From Bacteroidales bacterium (GTDB lineage: Bacteria > Bacteroidota > Bacteroidia > Bacteroidales > JBGRPZ01), in contig JBGRQE010000004.1 in assembly GCA_041725955.1 (NCBI GenBank), positions 76,643-140,642 of the forward strand: 64,000 nucleotides of DNA, given 5' to 3'. The translations under genes were made by a program, and so were the position numbers. Position 1 is the stretch's first letter. Each line of letters opens with the position of its first letter. The notes under the pieces were generated by a model that did not search any database, was not told where the DNA came from, and saw nothing but the letters and a program-made list of their open reading frames with translations. This document shows, piece after piece, positions 28,043 to 38,728 of the stretch.

Positions 28043-29812
28043 ATGAGTAAGACGGCAATTTTTAGTACATCTGAATCGGGTAATAATCTGGCTAAGAAAA
28101 TAAGTGAGGAATTTGGGTTTACAGACATATTTACAGTAAAAAATTCTTCAGATTATTTTCATATTGATTCATTTAGCGAATTTGTTGAATGGACTTTTGA
28201 TGAATATAAAGAAATAGTATTAATCGGTGATTTAGTTGATTCAGTTTGTCATCTAAGCCCTTATCTTAGTAAGGCAGATGCTGATTTATTAATTTTGAAC
28301 ATTGATATTAATGGTGATTATGTTCAAATATTAAAAACAGATAAGAGTGGTAAAGCTAATTTTAGAGCGCTTACTTTAGCAGGAATTACTAGTGGAGAGG
28401 CAATTTTGTCTACCCAGGCAAAAGCTAGTAAGGATTGGGAATTGGAAACTTTGGCCGATCGATTTGATTGGGAAATGGATGTTTTTGGAGATATAGAAAG
28501 TGTTACAGCATTATTTCGTAAAAGAGTAAAAGTTGCTTTGTTATTAGAAACACGTGATAGTGGTAGTGCATATTTAGAACGTACATGCCCTAGCTTTGCA
28601 GATATTTTTTACCATAAAGAAGATGTTTGTGAAGATGATTATGAAATGCTTATCGCAGTAAGTCCTTTATTGCATCATTTTGCGAAACCGACCATTATTT
28701 TTCGCCCTAAAGTGTTGACACTTGGAATGGGATGTCATAAGGATTTTCCTGAGGGGTATTTAGTACAAGATATACGAAACCGCTTAAAAGAGTTTGGTGT
28801 ATCGTATAAATCAGTGCGAGCAATATCGACATCTGAAAATCGTGCTCAGGAATCTGCTCTTTTAGAATTGAGTGGAGCTTTCCATGCTGAATATAAGAGT
28901 TTCTCGGCAAATTTATTGAATCGAATAGAAATTCCAAATCCATCTGAAGTAATATTGAAGCATACTGGTTATCGAGGTGTTGCTGAATCAGCCTCTTTAG
29001 CTGCGTGCAAATCTAATTCTTTGGTAATCGAGAAACAAAATGATAAATCTTCAGGGTGCAATCAATATTTTACTTGGTCTTTAGCAATTGACCAGTTATA
29101 TTTACGTAAAGGTCAGCTTGAAGTAATAGGGGTTGGACCTGGTGATATTGATTTGTTGAGTGTACATGGTAAATATTTGATTGAAAGAGCAGATATGATT
29201 TTGTATTCTCAGAATACAATACCTGAAGAGTTAATACAAATTTCAAAAAAAGGTGCTGCATTGCGTTCTACTGATAAGCTTGATCAGAAACAAATTGTAG
29301 AATTGGTATACTCCTTTTATAAAAGAGGTTTGATGACTGTATGGTTACTTCCTGGCGATGCATGTTTATTTAATAATATACAAAATCAGTTAAATTCGTT
29401 TTCCGATTTTGGTTTGGAGTATAGGATTACACCAGGAGTTTCGGTATTTCAATCCATAGAGTCTAAGATGCGATCTAAGTATTTAATGAAGACTGATCAA
29501 GAAGAATTTTTATTATACCGAATAAATTCTTTGAATCTTGAAAGCCAAAAAACTTCTATAATGGAAGGGGCAAATGAATTTTTGAATATATGTATTCATG
29601 CTGATCGTAATGTTGTTCCCGACTTGCATTCTTTTTTACAAGATATTTATGGTGAATCGGCCCATGTGGTTATTAGTACACAGAGTATTGAATTTGGTGT
29701 TGAATTGCATTGTTGTGAGTTGAAAGATATGGCTAAAGTGTACCACAAAAATATTACTGGAGAAGCAGTGATTTTAAGAATAGGAATGAACTTGACTAAG
29801 GATAATATATAA
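28043..29812 (+). CDS. CbiG-like protein fused to a class III tetrapyrrole (precorrin) methyltransferase-like domain
   Basis: 589 aa. CbiG_C-like LTLGMGCHKD...AISTSENRAQESALLEL. C-terminal ~230 aa have a methylase layout (VIGVGPGDIDLLSV, LPGDACLF, ITPGVSVFQS) resembling CbiF/CobM or CbiH/CobJ, with non-canonical residues. Confidence 0.65.
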   Translation: MSKTAIFSTSESGNNLAKKISEEFGFTDIFTVKNSSDYFHIDSFSEFVEWTFDEYKEIVLIGDLVDSVCHLSPYLSKADADLLILNIDINGDYVQILKTDKSGKANFRALTLAGITSGEAILSTQAKASKDWELETLADRFDWEMDVFGDIESVTALFRKRVKVALLLETRDSGSAYLERTCPSFADIFYHKEDVCEDDYEMLIAVSPLLHHFAKPTIIFRPKVLTLGMGCHKDFPEGYLVQDIRNRLKEFGVSYKSVRAISTSENRAQESALLELSGAFHAEYKSFSANLLNRIEIPNPSEVILKHTGYRGVAESASLAACKSNSLVIEKQNDKSSGCNQYFTWSLAIDQLYLRKGQLEVIGVGPGDIDLLSVHGKYLIERADMILYSQNTIPEELIQISKKGAALRSTDKLDQKQIVELVYSFYKRGLMTVWLLPGDACLFNNIQNQLNSFSDFGLEYRITPGVSVFQSIESKMRSKYLMKTDQEEFLLYRINSLNLESQKTSIMEGANEFLNICIHADRNVVPDLHSFLQDIYGESAHVVISTQSIEFGVELHCCELKDMAKVYHKNITGEAVILRIGMNLTKDNI

Positions 29813-29824
29813 TTAAAATATACT

Positions 29825-29863
29825 AAAAAAGGCTGATCAAAGAGATATTGATCAGCCTTTTTT
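29825..29863. terminator. bidirectional terminator between the cbiG-fusion and the tail-fibre-like gene
   Basis: A6 - AAGGCTGATCAA...TTGATCAGCCTT - T6. Confidence 0.85.
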
Positions 29864-29882
29864 AGTATTATTTAAGGCATTC

Positions 29883-30782
29883 TTATTTATTCTGTTCTAA
29901 TGCTTCGATACGTTTGATAAGCATTTCAATTTTTTGATTTTGTGTATCAATTTTCTTTTCTTGGTCTATAGTGTAAAGAGTAAGTTCTTCTACTTTTTCA
30001 ACAAGAATAGTGTTTATTTTCTTTAAATCAAGTCCTTCTTTTACGATTTCATTTTCAGAAGGAATTCCTGGCAAATGCTTATTTTCTTGAATATATTTTT
30101 CAAGCTCATAAAGGCTTTTTCTTTTATATCCAGGTTCAAAAACATAATCAGGAAATGATCCAATTGTAAGGCTAATTCTATTTGCAAATAAGGTCTTGTC
30201 CACTTTTACGTTTCCTGCTACCTGCAAGCTTTGTTCAGGGGTGTCTGTTCCAATACCTACACGACCATTATTTCTTACACTAAGTATATTTGCATTTTCT
30301 GGTGCATTGAAACTATAAACATCATTTCCATTATTCGTTTGGAAAGACATTTTGTATGTGTTGTTATCTGAAGGGTTATTTAGTTTACAATTTACTCCAT
30401 TATCCCAAATCATTCCTTTTGAGAAAAGTACTTCTCTTCTAAATTCTACTTCAGCATTTGGTTTTGAAGTTCCAAACCCAATTTCAATAATACCCTTTTT
30501 TCCATTTTTTTTCTGAAGGCGTGCCCCAAATCCAATATCACCATTTTCATCCGAGATGCATAAAGCGGGGTTTCCTCCAGAAATACCTGGCTGTTGCTTA
30601 AATTGGATATTAAACATTTCATAGTTTCTATAGTTTAGGTAAACTTTATTTCCACTATTGTCCCAATAAAAGTCTGATGAAATTGTATTTGTAGAAGTCT
30701 TAGGATCTACTTTGTTTTGGCCAAATAATAGAGATCCCGAAGTGCATAACACCCCCAAGGCTATTGTAATTAGTCTTTTCAT
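29883..30782 (-). CDS. secreted hypothetical protein with tail-fibre-like motif and C-terminal coiled coil
   Basis: 299 aa. Signal peptide. GRVGIGTDTPEQSLQVAGNVKV motif, conserved-looking DYVFEPGYKRKSLYELEKYIQENKHLPGIPSE, terminal heptad coiled coil. Confidence 0.6.
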   Translation of the reverse strand: MKRLITIALGVLCTSGSLLFGQNKVDPKTSTNTISSDFYWDNSGNKVYLNYRNYEMFNIQFKQQPGISGGNPALCISDENGDIGFGARLQKKNGKKGIIEIGFGTSKPNAEVEFRREVLFSKGMIWDNGVNCKLNNPSDNNTYKMSFQTNNGNDVYSFNAPENANILSVRNNGRVGIGTDTPEQSLQVAGNVKVDKTLFANRISLTIGSFPDYVFEPGYKRKSLYELEKYIQENKHLPGIPSENEIVKEGLDLKKINTILVEKVEELTLYTIDQEKKIDTQNQKIEMLIKRIEALEQNK

Positions 30783-30969
30783 AGATAGGTTTAGTTTTTT
30801 TGATTAGCCTTAGACTAATCAGTTCTTATAGCTTCTTTGAGTTTAATTAACTAATTGTTAACAAATAGTAAGTGTGAAATATTGTGTTTCTGATAATAAG
30901 ATTGATTTTAAAATAGATTTTATTTTTAGAAAAGGTATTAATAAAGGAAAGTATAATTAGTACAAAAGT

Positions 30970-31007
30970 AAAAAGGCTGCCCTAAATATTTAGGACAGCC
31001 TTTTTTT
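30970..31007. terminator. terminator downstream of secDF (hairpin flanked by A5 and T7)
   Basis: GGCTG(C)CCTAA...TTAGG(A)CAGCC stem, 30975-31000. Confidence 0.75.
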
Positions 31008-31026
31008 CTGAAGTGTTATCTAGAAA

Positions 31027-34000
31027 TTATTTTTTCTTTTTAAACTTCTTACTTTCCTTTTTGGTTTTTTCTTCATGATCCTTATCACCACCCATCAAAT
31101 CGTAAGCGATAGGAGACGCTGTAAATAATGAAGAATAAGTACCAACTACAATACCCAATAATAAGGCAAATATAAATCCTCTTAAAACTTCACCACCAAA
31201 AATCATAATAGTAGCAAGTACAAGGATTGTAGTACCAGAAGTGTTAATGGTACGAGCCAAGGTAGAGTTCAAACCATCATTCATATTCTGACGGATTGAT
31301 TTCTTTGGATATAGTTTGGTGTATTCACGAATACGGTCAAAGATAATAACTGTATCGTTAATCGAGTAACCAATAATAGTAAGGATTGCTGCAATAAATG
31401 CCTGATCGATCTCAAGACTAAATGGAAGAACACCATATAGAAGAGAGAATGCTCCAATAGTAATTAATGAATCGTGGAACAAAGCAATTACACCAGCAGC
31501 ACCATATTGAGCTTTCTTAAATCGAAGTGCGATATAAATAAAGATCAGTAATAGTGAGAAGAAGATTGCTAAAATAGCATCCTTTTTAATGTCGTCTGCA
31601 ATGGTAGGTCCAACTTTTTGTGAACTTAATACTCCATAAAGTTTCTTCCCTTGATCTCCTTGAGATAAGAAGTCGTTGGCGCCAATAGGATTCTTCATAA
31701 ATGGATTTAATCCATCAAAGATAAGAGTGTTTACAATTGAATCCGCAGCAGGAGTTTCATCGTCAATTAAAAAGTCGGTAGTAACTTTAACTTGAGATTT
31801 ACTTCCAAAGGTTTTTACCTCAGGAGCATCACCTTCAAAAACAGGAGTTAAAGCTTCTCGAATTTCAGCAACATTTACATTTTGATCGAAACGAACAACG
31901 TAATTTCTACCTCCTTTAAAGTCTACACCATAATTTAATCCGCGGATGAAAAGAGAAGCAATTCCTACAACAATCAAGAAGATAGAGAATACATAAGCTT
32001 TCTTTCTTGCTCCGATGAAATCGAAGTTTGCTTTATTTAAGAAGTCTTTTGTAATTACATTATCAAGAGTGATCTTCTTATTTCTTTTCAATATGCCTGA
32101 GAATACTAGACGAGTAATAAAGATTGAAGAGAACAGAGAAGAAAGAATACCGATGATTAATGTAGTAGCAAATCCTTGAACAGGACCAGAACCAAATGTG
32201 AACAATACGATACCTGTAATTAAAGTAGTAATGTTACCATCAATAATAGCAGAATAAGCATTTGCATAACCATCTTTGATTGCTTGACCTATAGCTTTTC
32301 CAAGGCGTACTTCCTCTTTGATACGTTCGTAGATGATTACGTTAGCATCCACAGCCATACCCAAGGTAAGAACGATACCAGCAATACCAGGAAGTGTTAG
32401 AACAGCTCCTAGTGAAGCAAGAACACCGAAGATAAAGAATACGTTAATAATCAGTGCCAAGTTAGCTACCCAACCAGCTTTGTTGTAAAAGAAGATCATG
32501 TAGATCAATACCAATACAAAAGCAAAGATGAAAGAGTAAAGTCCAGAACTTACAGCTTCTTTACCCAAAGAAGGACCTACAACAGATTCTTCAACAATAT
32601 GAGCAGGAGCAGGAAGTTTACCAGCTTTAAGGATGTTTGCTAAATCTTTTGCCTCTTCAACAGACATTGAACCGCCAGAGATTGATGAACGTCCACCAGA
32701 AATTTCACTATTTACATTAGGATAAGAATAAACATATCCGTCAAGAACAATAGCTATTTGATTTCCTATGTTTTCTCCAGTTAATCTTTTCCAAGTACGT
32801 GCACCTTCACCATTCATTGCTAATGAAACTTCAACACGACCATTCTGATCATAATCCTGGCGAGCATCAGTGATAGATTCACCACCCATTGCAGGCATAC
32901 CGTCACGACCAGCTTTTAAAGCAACAAGGTCAAGGATGCCAGGGCGATTATTATCTGGTTTAACAGTCCAAGCAAGAACTAAGTTTCTTGGGAAAATACT
33001 CTTAACCTTTTTAAGCATCATATTGATGCGAGCAGTATCTTTTACGGCAGCAGAACCAATTCTTGCAGACTCAAAAGGTTGACCTGTTTGAGGATTTACA
33101 GAAGGGTATAGGTAGCTCCATAATGGATTATCTGCTTTTTGTTTGTTAAGAAGTTCTTCTTTTGATTCACTTGCAGTAGAATCACCAGTAAGCTCACTAA
33201 TTAATTCGTCTTCATCTTTTTTATTCAGACTGTCTTTCTTACCAGTTTCTTCTACAGTTTCTCCAGAAGGATCTACCGGATTTTCAGGGTTATCCTGTTT
33301 GATCTCAGTATCAATCTTTTCTTCTGGAATTTCTTTTACTTCTTCATTTCCTTTTTCTGTTTCAGCAAGTTTTTGGTTTGCTTCTTGGAAATATTGGAAA
33401 ACATCATTGAATTTATAGGTTTCCCAGAATTCAAGTTGAGCAGTTCCTTGAAGAAGTTTTCTTACACGCTCAGGTTCTTTAATACCTGGAAGTTCAACAA
33501 GAATACGTCCTGATTGAGAAAGCTTTTGGATGTTAGGTTGAGCAACACCAAAGCGGTCAATACGAGTACGAAGAATGTTGAAAGTACGATCGAAAGCTCC
33601 ATTAGCTTCTTTACGAATTACCTTTAAAACTTCAGCGTTTGTTGAGTTAGGAGTAATACCTTTGTCTTTGAATTCATACAAGAAAATTGATGCTAATTTT
33701 GCGTTAGGATCAACTTCTTTAAATGCTTCTCCGAATAGAGTTACATAATCTTCCTGACTTTCTTTTTGATATTCTTTAGCTTTTGCAAGAGCAGCGTTGA
33801 AAGTTGGATCTTGACTGTTTCCTGAAAGGGCTTTGATAATATCTGCGGCATTGACCTCTAAGGTAACGTTCATACCTCCTTTAAGGTCAAGACCAAGGTT
33901 AATTTCTTTTTCTTTTACCTCTTTATAGGTGTACTTTCTAATGAGGATATTCATTGCCACTTTATCAGAAACTGAGTCTAGATAGTAAGTTTCCCTTGCT

Positions 34001-34203
34001 TTAGCGATAGAGTCAATAAAATATCCTTCTAAATCGGCATTTCCTTTGGCAAGTTCCTTGGCAAGCTGTTCTGTCTTTTCGCTAAATGCATACTCCTTTG
34101 CTTTCTTTTCAATTCTGGAAGCGAAAAAAGTGAATAACAATTGGAAAAGACAAACAGCAGCGAAGGCAATCGCAAAAAATCTGATAGCACCTCTGTTTTG
34201 CAT
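31027..34203 (-). CDS. secDF: protein translocase subunit SecDF (fused)
   Basis: 1058 aa. SecD-like periplasmic head (LGLDLKGG, VELPG), two six-TM bundles with the duplicated motif GYSINDTVIIFDRI / AVDANVIIYERI. Confidence 0.93.
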   Translation of the reverse strand: MQNRGAIRFFAIAFAAVCLFQLLFTFFASRIEKKAKEYAFSEKTEQLAKELAKGNADLEGYFIDSIAKARETYYLDSVSDKVAMNILIRKYTYKEVKEKEINLGLDLKGGMNVTLEVNAADIIKALSGNSQDPTFNAALAKAKEYQKESQEDYVTLFGEAFKEVDPNAKLASIFLYEFKDKGITPNSTNAEVLKVIRKEANGAFDRTFNILRTRIDRFGVAQPNIQKLSQSGRILVELPGIKEPERVRKLLQGTAQLEFWETYKFNDVFQYFQEANQKLAETEKGNEEVKEIPEEKIDTEIKQDNPENPVDPSGETVEETGKKDSLNKKDEDELISELTGDSTASESKEELLNKQKADNPLWSYLYPSVNPQTGQPFESARIGSAAVKDTARINMMLKKVKSIFPRNLVLAWTVKPDNNRPGILDLVALKAGRDGMPAMGGESITDARQDYDQNGRVEVSLAMNGEGARTWKRLTGENIGNQIAIVLDGYVYSYPNVNSEISGGRSSISGGSMSVEEAKDLANILKAGKLPAPAHIVEESVVGPSLGKEAVSSGLYSFIFAFVLVLIYMIFFYNKAGWVANLALIINVFFIFGVLASLGAVLTLPGIAGIVLTLGMAVDANVIIYERIKEEVRLGKAIGQAIKDGYANAYSAIIDGNITTLITGIVLFTFGSGPVQGFATTLIIGILSSLFSSIFITRLVFSGILKRNKKITLDNVITKDFLNKANFDFIGARKKAYVFSIFLIVVGIASLFIRGLNYGVDFKGGRNYVVRFDQNVNVAEIREALTPVFEGDAPEVKTFGSKSQVKVTTDFLIDDETPAADSIVNTLIFDGLNPFMKNPIGANDFLSQGDQGKKLYGVLSSQKVGPTIADDIKKDAILAIFFSLLLIFIYIALRFKKAQYGAAGVIALFHDSLITIGAFSLLYGVLPFSLEIDQAFIAAILTIIGYSINDTVIIFDRIREYTKLYPKKSIRQNMNDGLNSTLARTINTSGTTILVLATIMIFGGEVLRGFIFALLLGIVVGTYSSLFTASPIAYDLMGGDKDHEEKTKKESKKFKKKK

Positions 34204-34244
34204 TTGTCTTGAATTATTAAATTTTACTTCGTTTTTCGAGCACG

Positions 34245-34252
34245 CAAAAATA
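34245..34252 (-). promoter_or_regulatory. -7 box TATTTTTG upstream of secDF, with extended GCGTGCTCGAAAAA element
   Basis: Matches TAnnTTTG on the minus strand, 41 nt upstream of the secDF ATG. The downstream 18 nt closely resemble those after the rpsL box. Confidence 0.45.
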
Positions 34253-34398
34253 GAATTTTATTTGGAATATAGCAATTATAATACCAAATTAAGCGCCTCT
34301 TTATTACTCTATTTGAGTAGAAAGAGCTTATGTTTATTGATAGATCAGTAGGCTGACTTAATGTTGATTTATTTGCTTTTGTTAAAGTCTTTTCTGCT

Positions 34399-34452
34399 TA
34401 AAAAACAGAGGCTTGCAAGAATATTATATTGAATTATCTTGCAAGCCTCTGT
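34399..34452 (-). terminator. terminator downstream of the ABC-2 permease gene
   Basis: 15-bp stem CAGAGGCTTGCAAGA / TCTTGCAAGCCTCTG (34406-34451), with A6 on the plus side giving a U-run on the minus strand. Confidence 0.8.
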
Positions 34453-34473
34453 GTGTATTTTTAAAATAATGTT

Positions 34474-35796
34474 TTATGATTTATATCTAATCCATTTCCA
34501 TAACTCTTTATAGTTCACTTTTTTACCATACATTAATATACCTGTACGATATATTTTTGCTGCAAACCAAGTAGTTCCAATAAATCCTAATACTAATAAA
34601 ATCATTGATAAGATTAATTCCCATGTGGGCACTCCCAATGGAATTCTTCCCAGCATTACAATAGGTGAGGTTAGAGGGAACAATGATAAGAAGTAACTAA
34701 GAGAACTATCAGGGTTATTTAGTATGCTGCTCAAAGATACCATTGATATAATTAACGGAATAACAATGGGTAGCATAAATTGCTGTGTATCTGTGTCGTT
34801 ATCAACAGCAGAGCCTATAGCTGCAAATAAAGCAGCATAAATCAAGTACCCGAAAATAAAGAAAAATGCAAAAGCTAAAACTAGGTTGAGAATAGGTAAA
34901 TTATCAATTATTTCAATTAATTGATTTGTTAAAGAATTCCCTCCTGCATTATCAATAGCTTCTTGTATTTGCGGATTTTGGATTTGTGAAATATTTAAAT
35001 GCGATTGATTGCTTGGAGTTACAAAAGTTACTGCTATTTGATATACTCCAAAAGATAAAATTACCCACAAAACAAATTGCGTTAAGCCAACAAGGCTTAG
35101 TCCTAAAATTTTCCCCATCATCAACTGAAAAGGTTTTACTGAAGAAACTAAAACTTCAACAATTCTATTTGTCTTTTCTTCTAAAACCCCTCTCATGATT
35201 TGACCGCCAAAGAAGAAAATGAAAAAGTATACCATTAGACCCGAAACAATACCAATTATGTAGTTTACAGTATTAAAACTTTTTGATTCTTTGCCTTCAT
35301 CGTCAAGTTTATATGACTCAATATGTACATTTGCTTTTATGCTTTTTCTTAATGCAGGATCAATTCCTATTGCCGCCATTTTAGTGTTCTCAATTTCTTG
35401 AGACATTGTTTTGGAAATGTAAGAAGTGAGATCAAAAGGTATTTGTGCTTTCGAATATAATGCTGCTTTACTTGGTAGATTTAATTGTGTTTTTGGTATA
35501 TATAATAAGGCATAATCTCCACTTCCTTTACTTATAGAATCTTTTTGACTATCGATATCTCCAAAAACATATCTAAAATGATAATTGTCTTCCGTTCTAA
35601 ATTTATCATAATAAAGTTTTGACTCATCTAAAACCGCAATCGTTTTAGGTGTCGATTTATTAAAATGATCAATAATTATAGGAGAGAACATTAATAAAGC
35701 AATCATTATAGGACCTAATAAGGTCAAAACAAGAAACGATTTCTTTCTTACTCGAGTGAGATATTCTCTTTTTATTATAAGGGATATTTTGTTCAT
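34474..35796 (-). CDS. ABC-2 type transporter permease (NatB-like)
   Basis: 440 aa. N-terminal TM, large extracytoplasmic loop, five C-terminal TM helices. Lies directly downstream of the ABC ATPase. Confidence 0.75.
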   Translation of the reverse strand: MNKISLIIKREYLTRVRKKSFLVLTLLGPIMIALLMFSPIIIDHFNKSTPKTIAVLDESKLYYDKFRTEDNYHFRYVFGDIDSQKDSISKGSGDYALLYIPKTQLNLPSKAALYSKAQIPFDLTSYISKTMSQEIENTKMAAIGIDPALRKSIKANVHIESYKLDDEGKESKSFNTVNYIIGIVSGLMVYFFIFFFGGQIMRGVLEEKTNRIVEVLVSSVKPFQLMMGKILGLSLVGLTQFVLWVILSFGVYQIAVTFVTPSNQSHLNISQIQNPQIQEAIDNAGGNSLTNQLIEIIDNLPILNLVLAFAFFFIFGYLIYAALFAAIGSAVDNDTDTQQFMLPIVIPLIISMVSLSSILNNPDSSLSYFLSLFPLTSPIVMLGRIPLGVPTWELILSMILLVLGFIGTTWFAAKIYRTGILMYGKKVNYKELWKWIRYKS

Positions 35797-35806
35797 GGTT
35801 GATTTT

Positions 35807-36736
35807 TTAACAATTAAATTCTTTAGTGTTTTCTACAGTTTGAATAAAAATTTCATCCATACTAGGAAGGATTTCTTTTAGTCCAAGAACAGTTGAATGA
35901 TTTATGGTATTAGCAATTAATTCATTCGGAGAACCACCTTTGGGTAATCTGATCTTATAAAGAAATGTGTGATCATCTAAAGGATCTGTATTGAGAACTT
36001 CAAATTTTGGATCAAAAATGATATCCCTTTTAACATCGCTTAGTTGAATTTCATAAATATTTGGCTTAAAGTCTTGTTTTATTTTTTTGACAGAGCCGTC
36101 TAAGACTTTCTTAGATTTATTAATTAGTGCAATATTATCGCAGAGCTCTTCAACAGATCCCATGTTGTGAGTCGAAAAAATAATAGTAGTTCCTTTATCT
36201 CTTAAGTTTAATATTTCTTGTTTTAATAAGTTTACATTAATAGGATCAAAGCCACTAAAAGGCTCGTCGAATATTAGTAAATCAGGTTCATGAATAATAG
36301 TTGTAATAAATTGAATTTTTTGAGCCATTCCCTTTGATAGCTCTTCGACTTTTTTGTTCCACCATTGTTGAATTTCAAATTTCTCGAACCAGTAGCGTAG
36401 TCTTTTTTTTGCAGTTGAAGTTTTTACCCCTTTTAATTCGGCTAAATAGATTGCTTGTTCCCCAATTTTCATTTTCTTGTACAATCCACGCTCTTCAGGG
36501 AGGTAACCTATTCTTGCAATATGTTTTTGCGATAATGGTTCTCCATCAAAAGTTAGATGCCCGCTGTCTGGTGCAGTAATTTGATTAATTATTCGAATTA
36601 GTGTTGTTTTTCCTGCTCCATTTGGTCCCAAAAGTCCAAAGATCCCATGTTTTGGAATATCTATCGAAACCTTGTCAAGAGCACGATGATTTGCGTAGTT
36701 TTTAGTTACTTCCTTTGCTGAAAATATATTTTCCAT
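35807..36736 (-). CDS. ABC transporter ATP-binding protein
   Basis: Walker A GPNGAGKTT, signature LSKGMAQK, Walker B LLIFDEP, H-loop STHNM. Confidence 0.9.
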   Translation of the reverse strand: MENIFSAKEVTKNYANHRALDKVSIDIPKHGIFGLLGPNGAGKTTLIRIINQITAPDSGHLTFDGEPLSQKHIARIGYLPEERGLYKKMKIGEQAIYLAELKGVKTSTAKKRLRYWFEKFEIQQWWNKKVEELSKGMAQKIQFITTIIHEPDLLIFDEPFSGFDPINVNLLKQEILNLRDKGTTIIFSTHNMGSVEELCDNIALINKSKKVLDGSVKKIKQDFKPNIYEIQLSDVKRDIIFDPKFEVLNTDPLDDHTFLYKIRLPKGGSPNELIANTINHSTVLGLKEILPSMDEIFIQTVENTKEFNC

Positions 36737-36754
36737 AGTGTCAATTATTGCGAA

Positions 36755-36803
36755 TAAAAAAACGAGCTAAAGATATGAATGCTTTCATTCTATCAGTAGC
36801 TCG
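36755..36803 (-). terminator. dnaJ terminator
   Basis: Long imperfect hairpin 36763-36803 (CGAGCTA...TAGCTCG with inner GAATG/CATTC), with A7 on the plus side giving a U-run on the minus strand. Confidence 0.7.
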
Positions 36804-36829
36804 CTATGTTATTTAATGTTAAAATCTAT

Positions 36830-37993
36830 TTAAGAGAAAAATTCTCTCATTCTGTCAAAATAACTTTTGTCTTTTGCAGAAGGATTAGGCTTGAAATTTT
36901 CGCTTTCTTTTAGATTTTCCATAATTGTCTTTTCTTCCTTAGAAAGGTTTTTAGGAGTCCATATATTTACAGTAACTAAAATATCGCCGTGGCCATAGCC
37001 TTGTACATCAGGTAAACCTTTTCCTTTTAGGCGTAAGATTTTTCCCGCTTGAGTACCTGCTGCTATTTTTACTCTTGCTTTACCCGAGATAGTTGGTATT
37101 TCTACTTGGGTTCCAAGAGCAGCATCTGGAATACTAATAAAAAGATTGTATAGAAGATTAGATCCGTCTCTTTCGAGCTGAGGGTGTCTGATTTCTTCAA
37201 TCAAAACAATCAAATCTCCATTAATTCCATTTTTGGCTCCTGCATTTCCTTTTCCTGATACAGATAACTGCATACCTTCAGCAACACCTGCAGGAATTTG
37301 AATGCTTATAACTTCTTCTCCTTGGATAATGCCATGACCACTGCATTCGTGACATTTTTCACGAATTATTTGACCTTCACCTCCACAATGAGGGCAAGTA
37401 CTTGTGGTTTGCATAGCTCCCAAAAGAGTGTTTCTTATTTGGCTTACTTGACCTGTACCATTACATGTTCCGCAAGTAGAATATCCACTTCCATTTTTGG
37501 CTCCACTTCCATTACAAGCTTGACATGGAACATATTTTTTTACCTTTATCTTTTTCTCAACGCCATTGGCTATTTCATCAAGGGTTAGCTTAACTTTTAC
37601 GCGTAAATTACTACCGCGATTGACCCTTCTTCGGGAGCCACCGTCACCTCCAAATCCACTAAAGCCACTGAAACCACCACCAAAGGCACCTCCAAAAATA
37701 TCTCCAAATTGGCTAAATATGTCATCCATACTCATGCCACCGCCAAATCCGCCGCCAGCAGCACCACCTACTCCTGCATGTCCATATTGGTCATAGCGTG
37801 ATTTCTTTTCTGGATTACTTAAAACTTCATAAGCTTCTGCTGCCTCTTTGAATTTATCCTCAGCACTATTATCATCAGGATTTTTATCTGGATGATATTT
37901 AAGTGCCATTTTTCTATAGGCCTTTTTTATTTCTTGTTCAGAGGCACTTTTATCTACTCCAAGTACTTCGTAATAATCTCTTTTGTTTGCCAT
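36830..37993 (-). CDS. dnaJ: molecular chaperone DnaJ
   Basis: J domain with KYHPDKN, Gly/Phe-rich linker, four CxxCxGxG repeats ([32 protein letters not shown]). Confidence 0.95.
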   Translation of the reverse strand: MANKRDYYEVLGVDKSASEQEIKKAYRKMALKYHPDKNPDDNSAEDKFKEAAEAYEVLSNPEKKSRYDQYGHAGVGGAAGGGFGGGMSMDDIFSQFGDIFGGAFGGGFSGFSGFGGDGGSRRRVNRGSNLRVKVKLTLDEIANGVEKKIKVKKYVPCQACNGSGAKNGSGYSTCGTCNGTGQVSQIRNTLLGAMQTTSTCPHCGGEGQIIREKCHECSGHGIIQGEEVISIQIPAGVAEGMQLSVSGKGNAGAKNGINGDLIVLIEEIRHPQLERDGSNLLYNLFISIPDAALGTQVEIPTISGKARVKIAAGTQAGKILRLKGKGLPDVQGYGHGDILVTVNIWTPKNLSKEEKTIMENLKESENFKPNPSAKDKSYFDRMREFFS

Positions 37994-38024
37994 GACTTGA
38001 TTCCTGTTTAATCCTATCTGATAC

Positions 38025-38606
38025 TTAGCAGCCTACTACTACTTTTGCAAATCGGATTACCTTTCCGTTTAATTCATAACCTTTTTCGATTTCATCTATA
38101 ACTTTTCCTTTTTGTTTTTTTTCTGGTGCAGGAATTTGAGTTATTGCTTCATGGAAATCTGTGTCGAAATCTTTACCAATAGATTCAATAGGTTTTAGAC
38201 CTTCTTTATCGAGTATACCACCAAGTTTATTGAAGATTAGAGTGATTCCTTCTTTTTCAGTACTGTTCTCTTCAACAGATTTTAAAGCTCTTTCAAAATC
38301 ATCGATAACAGGTAAAATTGCTTTGACAATTTTTTCACTTGCATATTTGCTAAGATCTGCTTTTTCTTTAAGCGTTCTCTTTCTGAAATTGTCAAATTCT
38401 GAATATAAGCGAAGATATTTATCGCTGATTTCTTTATTTTTATTTTCAAGATCTTGAATCGGATCTGCTTCTCCTTCTGTTTCCTTCACTTTTTCCTTGT
38501 TTTTTTCTTCGTTCAAGATTTCCTGTTCTTGATTTTCAAGCTGTTCTTTGGTCACTTTTTCCTCTTTGACCTTGTTGTTTTTTGCTTGTTTTTTACTCTT
38601 TCCCAT
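38025..38606 (-). CDS. grpE: nucleotide exchange factor GrpE
   Basis: 193 aa. Acidic N-terminus, [14 protein letters not shown] helix, C-terminal beta domain ([14 protein letters not shown]). Immediately upstream of dnaJ. Confidence 0.9.
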   Translation of the reverse strand: MGKSKKQAKNNKVKEEKVTKEQLENQEQEILNEEKNKEKVKETEGEADPIQDLENKNKEISDKYLRLYSEFDNFRKRTLKEKADLSKYASEKIVKAILPVIDDFERALKSVEENSTEKEGITLIFNKLGGILDKEGLKPIESIGKDFDTDFHEAITQIPAPEKKQKGKVIDEIEKGYELNGKVIRFAKVVVGC

Positions 38607-38662
38607 ATATTTTAAGTGATTTCCTGATCAAAAAATAATTTTCTGTTAATGCAGGTGCACAA

Positions 38663-38705
38663 ACAAAAAATCTGCCAACACAAACAATTAAGTCATATTG
38701 GCAGA
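38663..38705 (-). terminator. murA terminator (large loop)
   Basis: TCTGCCAA / TTGGCAGA stem with a 19-nt loop, with A7 on the plus side giving a U-run on the minus strand. Confidence 0.5.
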
Positions 38706-38728
38706 AAATATTGTTCAATTATGACAAT

